A stretch of DNA of 64,000 bases from Phoronis australis (Eukaryota > Animalia > Phoronida): assembly GCA_002633005.1 (NCBI GenBank), contig NMRA01000022.1, forward strand, positions 867,357 to 931,356, read 5' to 3'. The notes below the pieces were generated by a model. It was not told the origin of the DNA, ran no database searches, and saw only the letters and a program-made list of their open reading frames with translations. The translations under genes and the position numbers were made by a program. Positions 13,191 to 26,750 of the stretch are shown here, one piece after another; within the stretch, counting starts at the first letter, position 1; every line of letters begins with the position of its first letter.

Positions 13191-15871
13191 TTACAAGTAT
13201 ACTATGGTCTCGTGTTTACGTGTCAGCTTCATGTTTGATTTCCAGAAAGTGACAAGCCGTCTGCCGTCTTTGAGTGGAATGTGCCTGAGCATTTGGGTAT
13301 TTCAACTTTTGCATTTTTGTCATTTAATGTTGCCCTTAATTTAAGAGACACCAAACGTATGCACTAATCGCAATCGAAACAGGTGTTTCAAAACCACTGC
13401 TTCGAAAATAGCTGCAGGATTCTGCTTTGAGACTTGACTCTGAATGGCCGCAGCAACTGTGCCTTACTCTAAGATACTTGGATTGTTCAAACTCGGCAGG
13501 TCTTTCAATCAGATTTGCACTGCATGAACTGATGACGTCAAGTACCGTGCCGCAGTGAAAAACAATGCACTGTCTCTCAGTGGTGCCTATACACTAATTA
13601 AACATTTATGGTGAGCTTGCTGTGCAAAATTATAACTTTTGTACACGAAAATATGACGTGTAAAACCACTGATCATTAAAGTCTTTCAGTTGCCGAAAGC
13701 TGAATCCCGGGAGCTACACTTATTGAGCAGCCAAAGTGTGGCACGCTCTACACATGCGCGATACAAGAACACGTCGTGGTGACGAGTAATTACTATGTTA
13801 GTAAACACCAAAACAGTGTGCATCGTGGCTAATACACACTTCTGAAAACAAAACAACATGTTTTATTCAAATCTTCGCTGACATGCGTAAGGACATAGGT
13901 TTCCGTTTGGCAGTGATTCAGGTTTGTGTTCTCGGCAACATTGCGTCTTCGTCAGTCGTCTCTGCTCTACATTTGGGGGACCCGTCGAGTCCTTTGCATT
14001 CGGAACAGTTCGGATGTTTTTGCGGTCTTTAATCATACGGCAGACCATGTCTGTTAGTAATTAATACATTCAAACTGGATAATTATTGGACATATAACTG
14101 AAGTTTGCACATGCTGAGATAACGTTCAGCTCAGAGGGAAATTCGAGGCTACGAAAATACCGAGATGCTTCGGATGACGTGGAAGGTCACGACATTCTCA
14201 TTTTTAGTTGCCTGGTTTAAAGTTGTGGATGAGTAATTTTATTGAAGGGCCCGGAAATCCAAAATCTTATTCTTTAGTGGATAAAGCTAGATAACACTTG
14301 ATTTATCCAGCAGGATATTGCAATCCATAATGGCTTTACAATCTTACAATCCTGGAAATATGTATGTCAGTCTACGAGACTTCGTTACAAAAGTACAAAG
14401 ATCGCTATCAGCTACGCCATTTTTTTCCAAAAAACACTTCGTTGGAATAAGTTCGTGAAGCAGCATGATCTGAAACTATTTCATTTGAGTTCATTGATGT
14501 TGTGTAATGGAATTACTGATTTTTGATCACTTCATATTCTAACCATTCATAATAAAATTGTAAAAGTGGATCTTATTTGGCAACTTACTGAGTTGGGTAG
14601 CCTCTTAGATGTTTACTTTTTCATTTTGAAAAAGCTGTAAAGAATACACGAAACAAAGTTTGTTTGTTATAATAATTTTTTATTATTATTCACATAACCA
14701 GCTTGGGAGTATAACAAGTTCTAAATGTCTCTAAGTGTCTCACGAAAACAAAGAATCATGATAAAAGCATAACTTGTGGATGGTAAACTTACAAAGAATC
14801 AGGAATCTTAAAAGCCTTTATTCCCAGGGGGCACCCTAGAAGTAATGCACTTTGGCACTGACCTAGCTAGAGGGCACTTTTACATCCTACATGAGGCGTG
14901 CTCGGAACAAGGTCTCTCTGAGGTCTGCGTTTGTTGAAAACATGTGATTGTTTGTCTTGACTATTCCAGCAGAACAAGAGTTGGAGGCGGAACTTGGGTT
15001 AGACGAGAAAAAAAACGAAGTGACAAAAGAAATGGATGGAATATTGATTTGATTACAGCTTACGGCCACTTGCAGTGCTTGCAAATACTATAAGTTCAAA
15101 TCATGCCGACTACACATTGGCCTCACTAAAATTAAAACAGATCGGAGGAAAATCTCCCACAGCCGTGTCTGCCGAGACAAAAGATCACACATTAACTCGT
15201 TGTTCTTTTTTGCTTGAATAAAAACATCACAAACAGGACATAGAATTCCATAGAATTTGCCCGTGGGGTTATTCAGGGAACTTGCTGTTACATGTGTGAA
15301 TAAAGGCGTTTTAGTGTTGTACAATAGTTAATACAAAACACTCCAACTGTCGTCGTTTCCGGATAGTAAACTACACTGTGCGTTTATAGTTAGTTAGTTG
15401 TGAAATTACAAGCAAGTTGATAGGAAGTTTTCATTTCTCGGCTAGCGAATAATGCATGAAACCACGAATTCAACTAAATTAGTTCACTGATCGCTCGTAC
15501 ATGTGATTAGAAGCAATTTTCTATTCTGTAAAAAAAGATCAATTTTACATCACATGAATTAACAAATCCAATATTGGTTAATACGTTAATTCCACCAATA
15601 TAAATAATACGATATCTATCTCACATGTATGTGACTGAACTAAATGCAAAACAGCATTAAAAGGACAGTAAGAACCTCTGAGCTGCTATGAACAAGTGCA
15701 CTGGTTTACCTCGGACAAAATGAGAGATATACCAACCAAGTTTTACACCAGTCACATGTGTTCAACTCCACCACTCTATCAAAATCTAGCCACCCTCTTC
15801 CAAAAGCATCGACACCATGTAAGTCACATACAACGCCATCTGCGGGTTGAATAATAATTTTCTAAATTCAT

Positions 15872-16968
15872 GGGACCTGTTCTCGAAGAGACTATCGACT
15901 TTTGTCCCTTGACTTCAGCCATGTCAGATCAATGACTACGAACAGACAAAAGTTCTTCTTTGCGTTTCTCGAAAGGTTTTTGACTTCTGTCAATTGGATC
16001 AGATTGCAGATTTACATATTTTGGCTGCGAGTTGTAAACTGAGCCACCCGTAAAATGATTTTTAGTCGGAAGTCAACACTCAGCAGAAACAAGCTCCTGG
16101 TTGAGATAGTCATCTTTACTCCTTAATCCTGACATCCTTCATATCTTGTCGGCATTGTTTTTCTCAGCAAATTTTGCGACCACCACGAGGTCTTCGTGAG
16201 ATTTATACACTGTGAGATGAGACCAGACGGTACACTCGTGATAGTCTAAATGACCTTCACAGTGTGACATGCATAAGTGCGGACTCTAAAGTCTGGAAAC
16301 GAGGTTTAGACGGTAAAGTGGAATGTAGGTTTAGAAGTCTGGAGAGTTAAATGGACTCAAGCTGATCTCCTGATTTACATCATTTGTTACTTGTTTTAGT
16401 TGTGATACTCATTAATTTAATGAACATGTTATCGAACACTGCTGTACTGTTTCCATTTCAATGTAGCTTCAAATTTCATAAACGAATTCGAAATGGAAAC
16501 AAACTAAATAAGAACAATTTCCTAAATGATACTCTTTCAACTTGACATGCACTTATTTCAAATATACAAAATTTAAAGTAGAAAATTCCAATTTAAGATT
16601 CGAATTTCTGGTAGTGCACTAGGAAGGACACTAAATTTCACGTTCACAGACAGGACAAACTCTAGTGTAACAAACGCAGTGCAAGTAGGAACTAATCAGA
16701 AGTCTCCATTTTCCAACAACCAGGCTAGGACACACCATCTGCTTATCATCTACTTACCTCAACCTTTATGATATCTTGTTAACGACGTTTCTACTACTTC
16801 ATCGGACCATCACCAGTAGTCTGTTTCTAGAAAAGTCAATGTGCTTTCGTCTTTTGACTTTTGGTTAAAAACCATTTGATTTAGCCTCTTCCACGAACAG
16901 GGTACTTTTAGCTATTCGCAGTCAGATTTCTGACTTTGGGCTAAAAGTCAAAAGACGAGCAACAGGCC
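15872..16968. mobile_element. GG(G)CCTGTT-type TIR element (family of 7848-8327) with internal insertions
   Basis: Left gggacctgttctcgaagag..., right ...aaaagacgagcaacaggcc, with gacttttg/aaaagtc sub-terminal repeats. Confidence 0.4.
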
Positions 16969-19900
16969 TCAGAACAGTTTGCTTTTTTGAGGAAACAGTA
17001 GTATGTGCTGCGGTCATAATCAAGAGTGATATGTTTTGATTTACTTTACCGTGAATCGAATGTGCCGCCTTTGTATTTTAGCAAAAAAGACATGCGTCTA
17101 CAATTATTCGTCGAGGCCCTCACCTAACCATTGAGCCAATCATGAATCAGCGTCGCCTATCCTGCCGTGGTAGAACTGCTACTGTCATCCAGTCACCAGG
17201 TGGCGAGACCGGCTCGACCACAAGTCGACTCACCAACTGGAACTGTCAATGACATAAGCTAAAGCGTTTTCTTACATAATTAGGTAAATTCAGAGCCACT
17301 AATCAGCAGGCCAAGTGGTGAAATAATTGTAATAGATATCCAATGTAAACACATCTCTTTCAATTCGGCACACGCAGTTTGATGGCTAGGCTACTTTTAT
17401 TTAATTTCTATCTACAAACAATTTGGTAAACATTGAGTATGGCAATATATGAATTATTAATTAGACACGTTCCAGGTGTGAATGCTTATTGTGACACAAA
17501 CTAAGATCAAGCATCTAATCCTGTGGGTACTTACAAACATGCATCCGGTGCGAAGCCTGCTATAGTAGATTTTAACCCCAAACAGCTTATACTCCACGGG
17601 AAGTAACTTTAACGAAATGTTTGCCTCGTCAAAGAATGTCCCTACAAATTCATGGATTCCCTTTAATCTTACTTAGTATCTCTACAAGAGTGAGTGTGGT
17701 CTAATTTCTCAGCTGCAGCGGCGTTGCATACCAACAGATAATGGAAGGATGCTTAGGGATCTAAGATGTTGTAAGGGTGGGCAACCACGGTCTTCGAATG
17801 GATAATGTCCGCGGAAGTCCTGTAAAGGGCATGTTAGTAACGCTTTATAGGTCATGTCCGCAGGCGAATAGTCCTTAAATTCGCCTATGCGCCTATGGAT
17901 TGGACGAGAATCTCGATTAAATCCTTGGTACTTGGTTACGTTCATGAAAATCGGTTGTCGTATCCTTGTCTGTTTTTGAAAAGTTGAATTCACAATGGTG
18001 ATACGCAGTAAGGCTTTTAAGGGAGAATATATACGCGATGTCTCAAAATGCTCAAAATTGCTCGCAAATATGAATATCAGGACATAGTTTTGGTGGCTCA
18101 ACTTCAGTGCAGATATCGGGAGCTTTCAGCAAAGCTGGCAAGCCAAGGCATAGAACAGAGATAACACACGTTTCCCGTGTTTTCTAAAAAGGAAATAATG
18201 TTCAATTTCAGCATAAGATGCAGACGTTGAATGAGAAGTTCTCGTTCTGCGGAGCATGCGAAAGCTGTTAGAATATTAACCAGAGTCTGAAAAATCTATT
18301 CGTTAGCTCTCTGCAATTATTACAGTCGACTGTGACTCTTTCGCTAACTCCTGTGCCTTGCACAAGAAACATTGGGATCCCCTGAAATGTAAAAACCACA
18401 CTCAGTAAAACCACACCAAATGACGTCGTATGGAGGTCGCAATGTACATCCATGTGTTAACATTTTGGGAACTCTAAATGGTAACATGCGGCAAAATACA
18501 ACAAACGTTGTTCATACTGGGTACCTAAACGTCAGACCATATGGTACGAGTCTGAAGAAACCGCTTTAGATACCCGGCCGAAAGCCTGTGTTCCAACATT
18601 ACGCGAATACATCGCGACAATCGTCGACGACTAATCGGAGTGTGCAGACAGGGTTGAGCACTAATCTTCTGGCAAAAAGTCATTTGACAACTACCGGAAA
18701 CTCAGTATCCTATAACTAGGGTCACCATCTTCCCGTGTATTTGCTAAGGTGACTTTTGCTGGTTTTGGGCTTGAAAATCAGGTGCAGGCACCTCCACCTT
18801 TCTGTTCCACAGGTTGTACAGAACCTGAAACATCAACACCACAATCGACCAAAGACATAAAGAAACTGCCCAAAATCCAATAAAGCTGACTGTGAAAATT
18901 CCCATCTTTTGTTATTACCGTAAGGGCAGCCCGCTATACAAAAATTAGCAGTTTTCACCCCAAATCCACCATTCGCAAGCAATCACTATGAACTGAGAGA
19001 CTCTGCATTCAGACTGTCAAAAACCTCTTTAGGCGATAGAAATCAGGTGAAAAATGGGTGTCGGGCAATTAGGTTTTACACAAATCCAAAATGTCTGAAG
19101 GGTACCTGAATTTCCTGCTGAAGTCTAAGTACTCGCTTGCAAGTAATAAGTTTTAATAAGAAAAGCAACTACTAAAGAAGATATGAGTCAAAACAGTCAC
19201 CAACTAGCATTCTTTCCGATCCGAACAGACTCAAAACCCAAGCAAATGCTGTTCGTTGCCTTCACACGCGGTGCCAAACTCAAAATGCCCAGCCAACACA
19301 GCAGGGTTCACTTTTTAACTGTGAAAGTACATTCAGCTGTCGGAAAAAATATTGAGCGCCACCTGTGGATGGATTAGGTTTGTTTGTTCCAGTATATTGT
19401 TGAATGGTAGCTGAATGGTACTTGGTGAAAAATTGTTTAATTGATAAAGAGCTTCTGAAGCTTGTTCACTTCTGTGTGTCTCGAAATTCGTGTAATCTTG
19501 TGAAAAGAGGTACTTAATTGGACGAGTACACGGCGAGTTCTAACTGCAGTTCAAGTAGTCATCAAAAAATAAAGACTGCATAACAGAAACACAGCCTCAG
19601 TTACATGTAAGAGTAATTCGTTTACTGGAGGAAAATTTACCGGCTGCTCTTTTCTTGTATCAACAGAGGAATATGGAAATTTTAGGATTCTGAGAAACGC
19701 CAGGGCTTTTTAAATTTACAAGCGATAACACTTACCCCAATGCATGAGCGTCATATCGGATGTGCCGCTCAGATTTGGGGGTTCTAACGCGAGATTAGCT
19801 ACGAAAGGGCTCCTTGACAGGCCAGGAAGTATAGAAAATATCCATTTTTGCATACTTTATATTCAGTGCAATGTTTTTGTATTTTAATTCAACTAATAAA

Positions 19901-21747
19901 CATTTTGCAAAGTTTGTGACTAAATAAGTGCGTTTCTGGAACACCTTATCTTTTCCAAAAGCAATGGGAATCTCTCTAAATGTGTGGAATTTTAGACTGC
20001 CGATTCTTTAAATTGACGTTGGATAGATATATGTGAAAATTGACGTTTCGTCGATTTCAGAATACATCTAGACCCGTAACTTTAAACAAACGTTGGGCAA
20101 TCGATAAACCGGCGGCCGGGAGGTAAACAGTTAAAGCACTACATTTCAACCGTATATTAATCCTTATACTAACATAAATATTTTGCAAAATAAGCGTGCC
20201 TAAGAAATAATTATTAATTACTTACACAAGTTTCTGACAGCTACCATATTGACCTGTGTCGTGTGAAAACAAACCCAATAATTAATCAAATGCAAGGGAA
20301 GATGGCGACCGGACGACCCAGGCTCCTTCCTAGGTTCAATTTAAATTGATGATTAGGGCCGTGACCATAAACTTGACACAAGTCTATCGACATAGTGGCA
20401 CTGAACTTCCTCAGTGTCCCCCCATAAGGTGGGAAAGACGCACGGTCTTTTAATGTATACAATAAAATCGCTGACCAATATTCGTTGCAAAGGCGAAGAA
20501 AACATAAATACATTAATCTAAATATACATTTATTCCTGGATCTTCGACCAGACACAAAAATCATCTTCAGAGGAGAGAAATCTAAAACAACTGGCTCGAA
20601 AACGTCTATACAGTAAATGATTGTGTGAAAAACGCCAAACATGCAGAGACATCTATTGGATGCTAACGAGTACAGACTGAGCAAACGTTCTGAGAATACA
20701 CTCTTTTGGGAGACGCAAGAGTTTATTTTTTCTCAGTGTCAAATTTTCTTCCGAAATACCCATCTACAAAGGAATATTCAACATCTCATTAGAAAGAGAA
20801 TTACTAAATCCTTTGCTGTGGTGTGTTGGTTGCCTTATTTGTCTCTGTTTTTCGGGACTGTTAATTGAAATTATTTTTTTGAATCCATTTGTTAGAGGGG
20901 AAATCCAAAACCCATTCAATGATTTCACTGAGTAATCTCATATATTGCTTTCTTCAGTTAATCATTTTCAGTGTGTTGTCCATTTAAACGAGAGTTATAC
21001 GAAGCGCAGATACGATAAAATACCCAGTTTAACTATTGATTTCATTTTCAACTATGGCTCTTTTGTATACGATATTGTAGTTTGTTGCACTGAGGTATTC
21101 TAGTTGTTTGTTGCGCTACACTTCCGGGTATATTATCTGTGATACAATAAAATTATAAAAAGTAAGTCAATCTGAAACAAAGCCAAGTAAAATCAGCAAA
21201 ACAAAACATCAAAATACACTAAACCTTAAGTTAAAGATGCTGGACCCGAGTTTAATAAGTTGTCCCTGTCGAGGCGTGTCATTTCATGCTCCGACCCGAT
21301 GGTTTGAATTAGGCATAACGAACTGTGAGTTCTGTGCAAACCCAGAAAAAAACACTTCCCAGATGATTAAGTAACAAGTTGAGGCCAGAATTTTACAGTA
21401 GCAAGTGGTCTGAATAAAAAGTTCACTGTGGACGGAACGCGGGTTTGTAACCGCTTTAAACTGTAAGGTGCAGTCGGGCGCAGTCTAGAATTCATTCTAT
21501 AGTTTCCCTTGGCCCCTAGTTATACCGGCAGTACGTGTTTTAACAGAGATTTTTACTTTGTTTTGATTTTACTTTTCCTGGAAGAACTAATTTTAATTCT
21601 GAAATAAGATCGAATGTACATGTCCAGCGTGAAGTTCACTGATTGTTGAACAACTTCAAGTTGATATATTTCAGTTTGATGTTTGGCCTGCATAAACTCT
21701 CGCAGTTTATCAGTTTAGGCACGAGACCTTCAGAGACTGACATCAGG

Positions 21748-21990
21748 AGGCCTGTTTCTTGAAGAGTATTAGCTAATTACTTTTGCATTTGACTTTCGGG
21801 TGAAAATCAGTCTACGGATAACTCAACCTGTTTCACGACAATCTCAGTGTCTACATCTCTTAAGACAAAAATCCGTAGTCAGCTCGGTTAGACAAAAGAC
21901 AAACGTTTTGAGAAACAAAAGTATCATTCGTAGTCACATTTCTTAGTGATTTTTGACTAAAGCAGATAATCTCTTCGAGAAACTGCCCCC
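21748..21990. mobile_element. MITE upstream of the JmjC gene
   Basis: Inverted termini gaggcctgtttcttgaagag and ctcttcgagaaactgcccc. Confidence 0.65.
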
Positions 21991-22449
21991 CGATATGAGC
22001 AGGAGAGTCTGCGAGCTCAGTGATCTGAATACACACATTTGGCGTGAACGTGTTTGAATGAAAACATACAAGCCCGTGAATGCTAGTGCTCTGGCGAGCT
22101 CACCGTGACTTTCTTGGAAGCCCATAAGGATGATTGAAATAAGTTCAGGGAGGACGCGGAGTCCTTTTACGCCCGGGGAACTAAAAATGCTCCGGGCGCG
22201 TCCCAAAGTGTTGTTTGGTGTAGTTTAATGTCATGTTATTCACACAAGTCACCATAGACCTGAATAATCCCATCAAGCTACCGAGGTACGGCCAGTGACC
22301 AGTTAGGCGACGCTTGGCTGGTCAACAATAGTTTAGTTAAACAACACCACAAAAGATTTGGGTCTGATGCTTTCATAACCAGCCGAGCTATCTCGTCATT
22401 CGAACAAGAAAGGTCCCCTAGGCACAACCGTCTCAAACGAGTTCGCATC

Positions 22450-23162
22450 ATGGCTTCCTGTCCGACGGGACGAACTGAGTGGGATGTCAAAGCTGTAGGT
22501 TTGTCATTTACTCAACTTCGAAAGCGTACCACCCGATTGGGTATTAGCGAGGCAGATTGGAGCAAACTTGATGGGCTTTACAAGATTAAATCTCTGACAC
22601 TCTTCAGGCGGTATGTTACGCAGGTGTCCAAGGTATTGCTCGTAGCAGCATTGGTGTTTATCTCATGCATCACATTTATCTACTACGTGCAGTGGCCGAT
22701 ATCACGCTTGACGTTGTATGGATTCTTGAAAGTTTTTATACGGTTTATACCGCAAACCGATGACCGAACCAACTGTTTTCTACCCATGGACTTTATAACC
22801 TCAAACATTATCCGACCGCCTCTGTACTGCGATTTTTGTAAAAATGTCACATCGGTGGATCGAGTAAAAAACATTACAGCCGATCAGTTCCTTGAGAAAT
22901 ATGCTTACACATCGCGCCCTCTTCTGATCGAGGGATACCAAAAGGTGTTAACAGAGGATGGAAGACCGTTCGATTTCAACTTCATCAAGAACTTGTATGC
23001 ATCCAACAGTCCCTCAATCAAGGGCACACATGAGATTTGTGAATATCAGCCGAAGATGGGTCTCGACAACTACCCAACACTTGGTCACCTGCTTAATATG
23101 ACTGACGAGAAATTGCACGCTCACAAGAATACCAACCGGGAGTCGCTGTGGTATGTTGGCTG
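22450..23162 (+). CDS. JmjC/cupin-domain protein, exon 1 (N-terminal TM segment, Cys-rich juxtamembrane region, start of the cupin domain)
   Basis: 238-aa ORF with hydrophobic segment VLLVAALVFISCITFIYYV, RPPLYCDFC, F.EKYAYTSRPLLI (typical JmjC N-terminal motif) and WYVGW. Ends at donor TG|GTAAGC (phase 2). Confidence 0.9.
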
Positions 23163-24019
23163 GTAAGCTTCCGTTACTCTCTTCACAAGTTCCAGCTGTA
23201 TAAACCTGTAAGTATACTAGTCGAAGGGCTCGGTTTTGCACATCGACAGATTTTTACTGCATCTAAATAATTGAAACCGTATCTCGTCTGCTCAGCTATC
23301 CAAAAGAATTACAATCAATACTAGCCAACTGTTCTCTACAAATGGACTTGACAAAATTTTAATCGCGACAGGACTTTGTTTCCTATGCGGAAGGCCTAAG
23401 CTTTCCACTGAGTCAAAAACACTTCAGAATATTATAGCCCATCCAAAATTTAGTCGCTTCACTTCAGTCACAGGCTTTCTTTCAAAGACGCAAGGGAATT
23501 TCTAAATTACATTTCATAAGCTCAGTTAGTGCTTTTCTTGGTTGCACGAAATCATTTTTTCCTACTTTCATTTATAAACCGTAAACGAAAAGTACATACC
23601 ACTTTAAAAAAACATTCATATTTTCCATAAAATTGCAGGGTATTAAAAAGTGTGTAGGATCACGTGCTTCGCTATATCTCACAAACACTTGTTTTACCTT
23701 GGGATTTCGCGTATTACCGTACGCAGTCCAGTCTTATCACTAACAAAAAAGTGCCGGCTGTCGTTGAACGATGATAACAATCTCCACTCAGAAGTGTAAT
23801 TTTCCGTAGATTCCATGTGACAGTAAGGTAAACCTTGGATCCAATTTTATTTTGAATCCTATATTGTAAATTTATGCAGATACGTATTGTAAAAGACTAC
23901 AAGATGACTGACACGTCTACTCACTAAATGCTGCGAGGCAATTCGTTTATTTAGATGCAAAAATCGTGAAATTGCAGCTACCAAATAGAAAGTTGATATT
24001 CTGCGCATTGCCGTTGCAG

Positions 24020-24152
24020 GATAAACTGTGATCGCGAAGTCACGAAGAAAATGGCAGAGACTTTCTTGCCGAATTTTTTGCCTCGCAACTCGGAACCTTC
24101 GAGAGTCTTTTGGACTTTTATTGGGAGTCCTGGTTTAGGATTTACTATGCAC
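24020..24152 (+). CDS. JmjC/cupin-domain protein, exon 2
   Basis: TTGCAG acceptor completes the Trp codon (TG|G). Reads INCDREVTKKMAETFLPNFLPRNSEPSRVFWTFIGSPGLGFTMH; donor CAC|GTGAGT (phase 0). Confidence 0.9.
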
Positions 24153-24295
24153 GTGAGTACCTCATTAGGGTGTAATCGGTGAATAGACCAAATATGACGA
24201 CATATTGGTCTAGCTTCATTATGCATGTGGATGCTGTCATTACTGTCTTGGCTTTCGGGCGTCTGGATGCGTAGGCGTCCGCGTGTCCGACGTAC

Positions 24296-24534
24296 CATGC
24301 GCGCACCCAGGGGTGGGAGGGCTCAAACCCCCATTTGGTGAAGTGGCCAAAAAGGCCCGCCTCTGAGGAACACAAAGTCCGAGAAAAAGTCTACTAAACA
24401 AGCGCGAACGCGCAATTCACAATAGTGCCCCCGTTTTTTTCTTTTAGTGCGCCCGCCTTTTTGTTTTTTATTACCAAATAGTTCACAACGTCAAAAACTC
24501 GAGCCCCCCATATTGAAGGCTGGGTGAGCGCATG
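24296..24534 (-). mobile_element. CATGC-terminated MITE with 5-bp TSD CGTAC
   Basis: TIRs catgcgcgcacccag and ctgggtgagcgcatg; CGTAC at 24291-24295 and 24535-24539. Confidence 0.85.
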
Positions 24535-24679
24535 CGTACGCTGCTGTATCTCCTAAACCCCCTAGTCGGATCTTAATGGAATTTGGCAGATTTGTTCCTA
24601 GGAAGCTGACGACAGATGACGACGAACTTCGGACCGATTAGACTTCCGCTGTGCTCCCTAGAGGCAATTTTAGTAACCT

Positions 24680-26750
24680 CTTACTCCAGACGTAAGAAAA
24701 TTGCTGGAGGAAATACCAAAAATGGCGAGGCTTCTGATAGCATAGCCAGCACTATACTGAAAATGTGTGACCAGAAACTAGCGATTTCAGCTTTTTAATA
24801 AAATATTGTCGTCTAGCTGCTTTCCATCCAGCTGGAAGACTGGGACTATAATCCCCGTTAACAAGAAAGATTCAACTTCTGAGCTTTCTAATTGCATGCC
24901 TATTACTTTACTTTGTACTCTATCTAAATTGTTTGAAAAATTGTTTTCTCGCCTGTATACTGTCATATGCATGAAAATAATCTATTATATCCATTACAGT
25001 TCGGTTTTCTGCTTGGAAAAAACATTGTTTCTTAATTAATTGAAATTACCCACAATATTTACTCTGAATTTCTGAAAGGCAATGACGTCAGGTCCGTCGT
25101 TTTGGATTTCAGTTGCTTCAGCATTTGACGTTGTACCCCATGACTTACTATCGATTAAATTAAAATCTTATGGAAGTACCGTCTCTTTACTTAGCTTGTT
25201 CAGATCTAATATCTATTCTGTCTCTCCTTTAGGATCAGAGTAGACAGTGTGTTTTCTAGTGAAACCCCTCGGGGTTTTATAAACGCCGGGGTGCCACAAG
25301 GTAGTGTTCTGGGCCCACTATTATTCCTCATTTTCCTTAATGATATACCGGACTCACTTCTCTCTAAATGTTATTTGTAAGCAGACGATGCTTGTATCTT
25401 CTATTCATTCCCCCAAATGAAGCCTGAAGAATCTTCCCGCCTAAAAACTGATCTAAATTTACGCCACGAATGGTCCGTGATTTGGAGTATAAATTTCAAA
25501 CCAGAAAAAATATATTGACGTAACATTGTCCTCTCGTCATACAAAGTTAAATGTATCGATATTACCACGTTTATCCCTTGATAATAATTTAACCCCTCAA
25601 AAAAGTTCTCATCGTCATCTTGGTGTAATTTTTGACAATAAACTGACATTCAACCTACATGGTGTTGAACTCTTCAAAAAATTCAAGAACTCCTATATCC
25701 TTTCATGGCGCTATCAAGGATAATGACGATTCATCACCTAGAAATTTTGTATAATGCTTTGCGCAGATATCATATACAACAACTGCAATTACTCTGGTCT
25801 CATTTGTCCAGATAGGCTCCAGTATCAGGCAGCACTGTATGTTTTTGGCTCGATAAAGGGTCCCAGTCTCGTCTTACTTAAAAGGATGCCACTCTCAGAC
25901 AGTAGAAAACACCGCATCGTTATTTATACTTTCAAGGTTCTTCACAATTTTAAAAACCATTCCAATTTACTTCTCTTTAACAACTTCAGACGGACATAAT
26001 TTCGCGTAATTTTGAGAACTATGCCTCAGTTTGCAATTACTCATAATTTTTCTAATTCATTTCTTAAATCTCCTCTCATTCAATGCATCCAACATTATTC
26101 CTTGTCACCTAAAAACTGCACTAAGTTTTCAATCGCTTAAACTTGCTTAAAGATATCTGTCGTCTGAGTTCCATACACCCATATCAACTACTTGCGTAAC
26201 AACTATTACCAGAAGTAAATTACGAGCCGGTTTATTCCTTCTCAAAAATTCAGCACAGTTTTCTAGACCTATTGAATGTTTGCGAACGTGGCTCCTTGAA
26301 TAGTGTAAAAAAGTCCTTTTTTCTAAAATGTCCTGTCAATCAAAAAGATCGTGTTCAACTCTTCCACGCCTTTCATTCAAATATTGACGCCACCTCTATT
26401 TACCACACTACCTAATAAATACACTTATTTTTTGCATCTACGTAACTTAGATGGGAGTATTTTTAATAATTTAGTATCTTCCTTCATTTATAATAGCAAA
26501 CTCAAATTTTAAACACCCTTTCCGTGTTTTTATATGTGTTTGTCTGTGTTTTTTGTAACAAGATTGTATCATGTTGTTATACCATAGGAATTGTTTCTTG
26601 TAATTTTGATATCTGTCAATAATCATCTTTTTCATATTTATTCTTAGTACAATTATTAACCTGACTACATATAATGTTATCGATTTGAGGGCAGAAATTG
26701 TATCACTTTTTGTCCAGTTTCTTAAGATGAAATAAGCAACTATCAATTAA
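24680..26750 (+). pseudogene. 5'-truncated, frameshifted non-LTR retrotransposon (CR1/L2/Jockey-group reverse transcriptase)
   Basis: Motifs in the expected order: FPSSWKTGTIIPVNKK, PITLLCTLSKLFEK, LDFS..AFDVVPH, NAGVPQGSVLGPLLFLIFLND, *ADD (YADD), HLGVIFDNKLTF, and a C-terminal Cys-knuckle remnant near 26280-26335. Many stops and frameshifts. Confidence 0.9.

Noticed and set aside
16780-16810. Hammerhead-like CCGATGA...GAAAC on the minus strand (similar at ~47762-47792)
   Set aside because: Core nucleotides deviate and no convincing stems could be drawn.
310-22206. Numerous 60-130-aa ORFs in the ORF track
   Set aside because: Short, often with non-ATG starts, no recognisable domains; consistent with chance ORFs or repeat-derived sequence.
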